A DNA stretch of 64,000 nucleotides from Desulfobacterales bacterium (lineage in GTDB: Bacteria > Desulfobacterota > Desulfobacteria > Desulfobacterales > UBA2174), in NCBI GenBank assembly GCA_963668645.2, contig CAXXWC010000006.1, positions 1 to 64,000 of the forward strand, written 5' to 3'. How positions within the stretch are numbered: position 1 is the stretch's first letter; every line of letters begins with the position of its first letter. Shown here piece by piece: positions 59,191 to 64,000 of the stretch. A model generated the notes under the pieces. The model ran no database searches, was not told the origin of the DNA, and worked only from the letters and a program-made list of their open reading frames with translations. Made by a program: the position numbers and the translations under genes.

Positions 59191-60474
59191 TCAAAAACCG
59201 ATCATCCTCGGAATCGCCAGCGTCAGGGCGGGAATGTAGGTAATGCCGAGCAGCACAACGAACTCCATCAGGATGAACGGATTGACTTCGCGGATCAGTT
59301 CTTCCAAACGCACATTGCCGATAGCCGCTCCGATGAAAAGACCGGAGCCCACCGGTGGCGTGTTGAGCCCCACGAGCAGATTAACGCAGAAAATCAGGCC
59401 AAAATGCAGCGGGTCAATCCCGTAGGAGGCAGCCACCGGAGCAAATATGGGGCCAAAGATGAAAATGGCCGGAAACAGATCGACAACGCATCCGATCAAC
59501 AACAGCATGATGTTGAGCAGAAAAAGGAATATCAGCGGATTGTTGCTGAGCCCGTGCAGCATCTCGGCCATCAGGGACGGCACGTTCTCCGTGGCCAGCA
59601 CGTAGCTGAACAGGTTGCTGGTAGCCAGAAGTAAAAACATGATCGAGCTGACCTTGGCGCTGTTGAAAAATATCCGGCCCAGGTCACTGAGCTTCATCGT
59701 ACGGCAGATTATCAGACAGACCACCAGGGCGTAAGCCGAGGCCGCCGCCGCCGACTCGGTGGCGGTATAGGCTCCGCTGATCACGCCCAGCACGATGAGC
59801 GCCGGCATCACGAGTACCACCGCGCTTCGTCTCACGATCCGCCAAAGCTCCGGCCGCGAGTATGGCTCGGTGCGCTTTTCATAGTTGCGCCGGCGACTGA
59901 TCCAGTAGTTGATCACCATCAGGCCGATCCCGGTGAGCACCCCGGGCATGATCCCGGCCAAAAAAAGACCGCCGATCGAAACGTTGCCCACCGCCAGGGC
60001 ATAAATGACGAAAGTCAGGCTCGGCGGGATGATCGGCCCGATCACGGACGAAGCGATGGTCACGGCCGTGCTGTAAGCCCGGCCGTATCCTTTACCCGAC
60101 ATGGCCGGGATCAGGATCGAACCGATGGCCGTGGTATCGGCCGTTGCCGAACCGGTAATCCCGGCAAAAAAAATGCTGGCCATGATGTTGGTATGGCCCA
60201 GACCGCCACGGATCCGTCCCACCAGCACGTCGGAAAGTTCGGTCAGCGAGCGGGTCATCCCCCCCTGGAGCATGATCTCGCCGGCGAGCACGAACATGGG
60301 AATGGCGCACAGGACAAAGGAGTCGACCCCGGCGAACATGTAGTGGGAAACCAGCATCAGAGGTACGTCCTGGGTCAGCAGGGCGAACATGGAAGCCACG
60401 CCGATGGCAAAAGCGATCGGCATTCCCAGCACGATGAACAAAACAAAGGAGACGGTGAGGATCGCGAGCGTCAT
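59191..60474 (-). CDS. dctM: TRAP transporter large permease
   Basis: AIPMFVLAG, GITGSATAD, GPIIPPS, TATESAA, GLNTPPVG. Confidence 0.93.
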   Translation of the reverse strand: MTLAILTVSFVLFIVLGMPIAFAIGVASMFALLTQDVPLMLVSHYMFAGVDSFVLCAIPMFVLAGEIMLQGGMTRSLTELSDVLVGRIRGGLGHTNIMASIFFAGITGSATADTTAIGSILIPAMSGKGYGRAYSTAVTIASSVIGPIIPPSLTFVIYALAVGNVSIGGLFLAGIMPGVLTGIGLMVINYWISRRRNYEKRTEPYSRPELWRIVRRSAVVLVMPALIVLGVISGAYTATESAAAASAYALVVCLIICRTMKLSDLGRIFFNSAKVSSIMFLLLATSNLFSYVLATENVPSLMAEMLHGLSNNPLIFLFLLNIMLLLIGCVVDLFPAIFIFGPIFAPVAASYGIDPLHFGLIFCVNLLVGLNTPPVGSGLFIGAAIGNVRLEELIREVNPFILMEFVVLLGITYIPALTLAIPRMIGF

Positions 60475-60944
60475 TTCGACCTCAATTTGGCGGCGTCTTC
60501 GATCAACAACCGGATGGAAATAAGGATGAACAGCACCCCGCTGATCGGTATGATGGCATAGGGAACGGCCCGCGACAGGCGCAGGGCCCCTGTCTTTAAC
60601 GACATGAGGCAGACCGCCTCACGCCAGCCGCCGACCACCATGACCAGCAAAAAGCCGATCACTACCAGATGCAGGACCACCCGCAGACCGACCGCCAGAC
60701 GCGGCGGGAAGCGATCGACAAAGAAACTCAGCCCCACGTGCTCCCCGCTGCGCAGGGCATAGCCGCCAGCCAGAAACAGCGACCAGACCATGAGAAAACG
60801 GGCGGCCTCCTCGGGCCACGACAGGGCGTCGTTCAAAACGAAACGGCAAAAGACCTGAAGACAGATGACCACCAGAATACCGGCTGTGGCGACGATGATC
60901 ATCGACCGGACCAGGCGATCGCAAAGGTGGATAAACTTTTTCAT
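60471..60944 (-). CDS. dctQ: TRAP transporter small permease
   Basis: QVFCRFVLN, SWPEEAARFLMVW, GEHV; four TM segments. Confidence 0.9.
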   Translation of the reverse strand: MKKFIHLCDRLVRSMIIVATAGILVVICLQVFCRFVLNDALSWPEEAARFLMVWSLFLAGGYALRSGEHVGLSFFVDRFPPRLAVGLRVVLHLVVIGFLLVMVVGGWREAVCLMSLKTGALRLSRAVPYAIIPISGVLFILISIRLLIEDAAKLRSK

Positions 60945-61065
60945 GGTATTGCCCCGCTGGCGCCGGCAGTGTGGTCCCCACCCGACGCCAGCCTTCGTCC
61001 TCTTTGGGTTGACCGGTAGGCCGACGGGAAACCGATACCACCGGTTTATCTGTTCCGGGGACGCA

Positions 61066-62112
61066 TCACTTGCCCGATTCGATGCGGGCGATGGCGTCAA
61101 AGGTCTTTTGCACCAGGGCCGCGCCAGCCTTTTCCTTCATCCACGGCATGACGGCTTCATGGGCGGCCTTTTTCAGGCGCGCCTTTTCCGCGGCGGTCAG
61201 CGACACGATCTGTACCCCGTTTTCCTTGAGGGTGTTGATCGAAACCACGCGGTTACGGTAGGTGGCGATGCCGAACTCGGCCGCCGCGGCCATCTGAGCC
61301 CCTTCCTTGACGACCTGCTTGAGGTCGGCCGGCAGGGACTGGTAAAAGCCCTCGTTGATCAGGTAGAGGTTGGCGCATCCCATGCTCATGTCCAGCGTAA
61401 CGTTCTTGGCCACCTCGTAGTATTTCTGGTCGACCATGATGGTCAACGTGTGTCCCAGCCCGTCGATGACGCCGGTCTTGATCGAAGTGTAGATTTCGGC
61501 CCATGAAACCGGGGTGGCCGCCGCCCCGAGCGCCTCCCAGGTCTTGATGGTCAACTGGCTGTTGGGCAGGGTCCTGAGCTTGAGCCCCTTGAGGTCCTCA
61601 ATGCTCTTGACGGGTCGCTTCTTGTTGATGAAGTTGTAAAATCCGTAGGGTGCCGCACCCAGGACCCGAACTCCCATCTCCCTGGCCATCATGTCGTTGA
61701 TTTCCTCAAAGGTCTGGCTTTCGAAGAACTTCTTCATGACCAGTTCGTCGGAAAACAGGTACGGGGTGAACCAGACCTTCATCGGATCATAGGCCCCGGT
61801 GATCGATTCGTCGCCCTGGGCCATCGTGTGAATTCCGAGCTTGAGCCCTTCGAGTAGCTTTTCCGAATCGCCCAGTTGGCTCGACGGATAAATATCTACG
61901 TTGATCTGCCCGTTGCTGGCCGACTCCACGTATTGTTCGAAGGTTTTCCAGCCGAGGGTGTTCGGCCCGTCGGGCGACTCAAGGCAGCCGATCTTCAGAT
62001 GAACGACCTTGGCCGCCGCGCCGGTGGCCGTCATCATCAAGGCGGCCAGGATCAGGACCGCCACCGCCGCGCGCCACTGGGCACAACCCGAACCATTCGA
62101 AAACAGATACAT
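61066..62112 (-). CDS. dctP: TRAP transporter solute-binding protein
   Basis: Signal peptide, YPSSQLG, PYLF, DLKGLKLR, EIYTSIKTGVIDG, YYEV. Confidence 0.92.
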   Translation of the reverse strand: MYLFSNGSGCAQWRAAVAVLILAALMMTATGAAAKVVHLKIGCLESPDGPNTLGWKTFEQYVESASNGQINVDIYPSSQLGDSEKLLEGLKLGIHTMAQGDESITGAYDPMKVWFTPYLFSDELVMKKFFESQTFEEINDMMAREMGVRVLGAAPYGFYNFINKKRPVKSIEDLKGLKLRTLPNSQLTIKTWEALGAAATPVSWAEIYTSIKTGVIDGLGHTLTIMVDQKYYEVAKNVTLDMSMGCANLYLINEGFYQSLPADLKQVVKEGAQMAAAAEFGIATYRNRVVSINTLKENGVQIVSLTAAEKARLKKAAHEAVMPWMKEKAGAALVQKTFDAIARIESGK

Positions 62113-62182
62113 GTCTCCTCCTCTTTGACCGGTTGGTTTTAAGGTGTTTTGACAAGCCGCAGGCAAAAGAGATATGCCCGCT

Positions 62183-62461
62183 TCAGGAGAGAATGCGGCG
62201 GCCGATTCCTTGCACTCCCAGCACGCCGTCTTCGCTCAATGCGATGACCATGTTCTGGACGTTGCGATTGGTCAGCTTAAACAGCCCGATTCTGTATCCG
62301 GGGCGATCCGATGCGAAGAGCGCGAAATCAACGATCCTGCCGCCGGCCTCTTCGATCGACTGTACGATGGGCCAAACCGGATGGCACACCGGGAAATGGA
62401 CAAACAGTTGAGAACAGGCGCTTTCGGACCGCGCCTCCTGCATGAGCGAATCGAAATCCAT
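62183..62461 (-). CDS. Small hypothetical protein (possible ACT-like fold)
   Basis: 92-aa ORF with an AGGGA RBS, lying between the sigma-54 promoter and dctP. Confidence 0.55.
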   Translation of the reverse strand: MDFDSLMQEARSESACSQLFVHFPVCHPVWPIVQSIEEAGGRIVDFALFASDRPGYRIGLFKLTNRNVQNMVIALSEDGVLGVQGIGRRILS

Positions 62462-62527
62462 CAAATCCCTGACAATCTTCCGGCAACCGCGGTACCGAAC
62501 TGCAACGCCTCTTGGGATGAAGTCTAT

Positions 62528-62543
62528 AGCAATTCCCATGCCG
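62528..62543 (-). promoter_or_regulatory. Sigma-54 -24/-12 promoter for the TRAP-HisD-homolog operon
   Basis: Minus strand CGGCAT-GGGAA-TTGCT (GG-N10-GC). Confidence 0.75.
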
Positions 62544-62659
62544 GCTCGTGGGCATTCCGAACCGTTTTTAGGCAAAAATTAACCGTTTGTTATCATTCAA
62601 GATAGAAAATAAGATGTGTGATTGCGGTGGGCTTGCAGATATCGGTGGGAAAGGCTTGA

Positions 62660-62696
62660 ATTGCAGATTTGCAGGCCATCGCTGCAAATTTGCAAT
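62660..62696. promoter_or_regulatory. Candidate enhancer (UAS): two TGCA-N4-TGCA palindromes
   Basis: ATTGCAGATTTGCAG-GCCATCG-CTGCAAATTTGCAAT. Confidence 0.65.
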
Positions 62697-62786
62697 ACTC
62701 TCAAGGAATCCGGCTCAATACAAAAATATATGATTTTACAGTCAGATAGAAAGTATTTTGCCGATTGTACCCCCCGGACGGCCCGC

Positions 62787-64000
62787 CTATGTGTGCAAAA
62801 CCGCAGAACCGTTGTCCCGGTCGTGACGCTGGATCTTGCGGATGATGGTGGACGGATCGACGCCCAGCGCCCTGGCGGCACCAGACTTCGAGCCGTAGCG
62901 TCGGATGGCGCGCTGGATCAATTCGTTTTCGTAGCGCGCCAAGGCCTGTTTCAGCGTCAGCTTGCCGATGGGCGACGCCAGCCCTTGCGCTTGGCAGATG
63001 GACCCGGACAGCGATCGCATCAAGTGGCGCGGCCGGATCTCGTCTTCGGTACACAGGATGACGGTCCGCTCGACGATATTCTCCAGCTCGCGAATGTTGC
63101 CGGGAAAATCGTATTCCAGCAACTGGGTCATGGCTTCGGGAGAAAGAATCTTGTGGCTGTTGAACCTGGCGTTCATCTTGCCGAGAAAATGGGAGGCGAG
63201 GTGAACGATGTCCTCACGCCGGTCACGCAACGGCGGGATGTGAATCGGCACCACGTTGAGCCGGAAAAACAGATCGCCGCGAAAGCGGCCTTCGGCCACC
63301 AGTGCTTCCAACGGTTTGTTGGTGGCGGCGATGATGCGCACATCGACCTTGTGCGAGCGGGTGTCGCCAACCGACAGGATCTCGCGGTCTTCGATGGCCT
63401 TGAGAAACTTGACCTGGAAACGCATGGGAACTTCGGAGATCTCGTCCAGAAAGAGGGTCCCTCTGTCGGCCATGTGAAACAGGCCGGGCTTACCGGTGGC
63501 GGCGGCGCCGGTAAAAGCGCCCCTGCGATATCCGAACAGTTCCGACTCGATGAGCTGCTCGGGGATGGCCCCGCAGTTGATCTGTACGAAGGGACCGCTA
63601 CGCCGGGGGCTGTGCTCGTGCATGAAGCGCGCCATGCGCCCCTTGCCGACCCCGGTCTCGCCCTGGATCAAAACGGTGGCATCGAACTTGGCCGCAATCT
63701 CGGCTCTCTTGAAGACTTTGAAGGTCTTCGGATCCACCACCTTGATATCCGGGTCGCCGAAGGGACTGGCCACCCTGCCGTCGGGTCCGGTCTGCTGGCG
63801 CGCCAATTCGCGATAGCGGCGCAGCTCGTGCTTCATCCGGTTGAGCGCCGTAATGTCGCGTTCGTTGGTCACCACGAAGGCGATCTTGCCCGCATCGTCA
63901 AAAACCGGCGTTCCGGTTACGATGATGGTCTTCCCGTTCCTCAGCTTCTGCAGGATCGTCATCGAGGTCTTCTTCTTAAGCACTTCGACGGTGACCGATT
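62787..64000 (-). CDS. PAS sigma-54-dependent activator, 5' end outside window
   Basis: PAS remnant, GETGVGKG, ESELFGYRRGAFTGA, FPGNIRELEN, HTH LGVDPSTIIRK. Confidence 0.92.
   Translation of the reverse strand, partial: SVTVEVLKKKTSMTILQKLRNGKTIIVTGTPVFDDAGKIAFVVTNERDITALNRMKHELRRYRELARQQTGPDGRVASPFGDPDIKVVDPKTFKVFKRAEIAAKFDATVLIQGETGVGKGRMARFMHEHSPRRSGPFVQINCGAIPEQLIESELFGYRRGAFTGAAATGKPGLFHMADRGTLFLDEISEVPMRFQVKFLKAIEDREILSVGDTRSHKVDVRIIAATNKPLEALVAEGRFRGDLFFRLNVVPIHIPPLRDRREDIVHLASHFLGKMNARFNSHKILSPEAMTQLLEYDFPGNIRELENIVERTVILCTEDEIRPRHLMRSLSGSICQAQGLASPIGKLTLKQALARYENELIQRAIRRYGSKSGAARALGVDPSTIIRKIQRHDRDNGSAVLHT

Noticed and set aside
1..64000. CRISPR arrays, tRNA/rRNA, transposases, integrases, phage or defence genes
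   Set aside because: No spaced direct-repeat array, cloverleaf or such protein motifs were seen by eye; tRNAscan-SE, Infernal and CRISPR finders would be needed to exclude them formally

Overview
GC-rich chromosomal window from an anaerobic bacterium. The gene content (Hdr/MvhD-like proteins, many sigma-54 activators, selenoproteins) suggests a Desulfobacterota member, which is an inference. Housekeeping genes are rnd (partial), thrS, hrpA, plsY and a phoBR-like pair. Two selenoprotein genes are split by the ORF track at in-frame TGA codons that are followed by SECIS-like hairpins: a cytoplasmic formate dehydrogenase alpha subunit (3250-6021) and an HdrC/HdrD-like CCG protein (9229-10548). 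The HdrC/HdrD-like gene ends a metV-metF-hdrA-hdrA/mvhD run whose leader has terminator/antiterminator potential. A yybP-ykoY (Mn2+) riboswitch precedes terC and a Ca/Na antiporter. Four sigma-54 -24/-12 promoters drive a flavoprotein oxidoreductase, an amidohydrolase/peptide-ABC operon, an abfD/CoA-transferase/permease operon and a TRAP/HisD-homolog operon. There is also an ERIC-like palindromic element next to a decayed XRE-liv-M20 operon. No tRNA, rRNA, CRISPR array, transposase or prophage was recognised.
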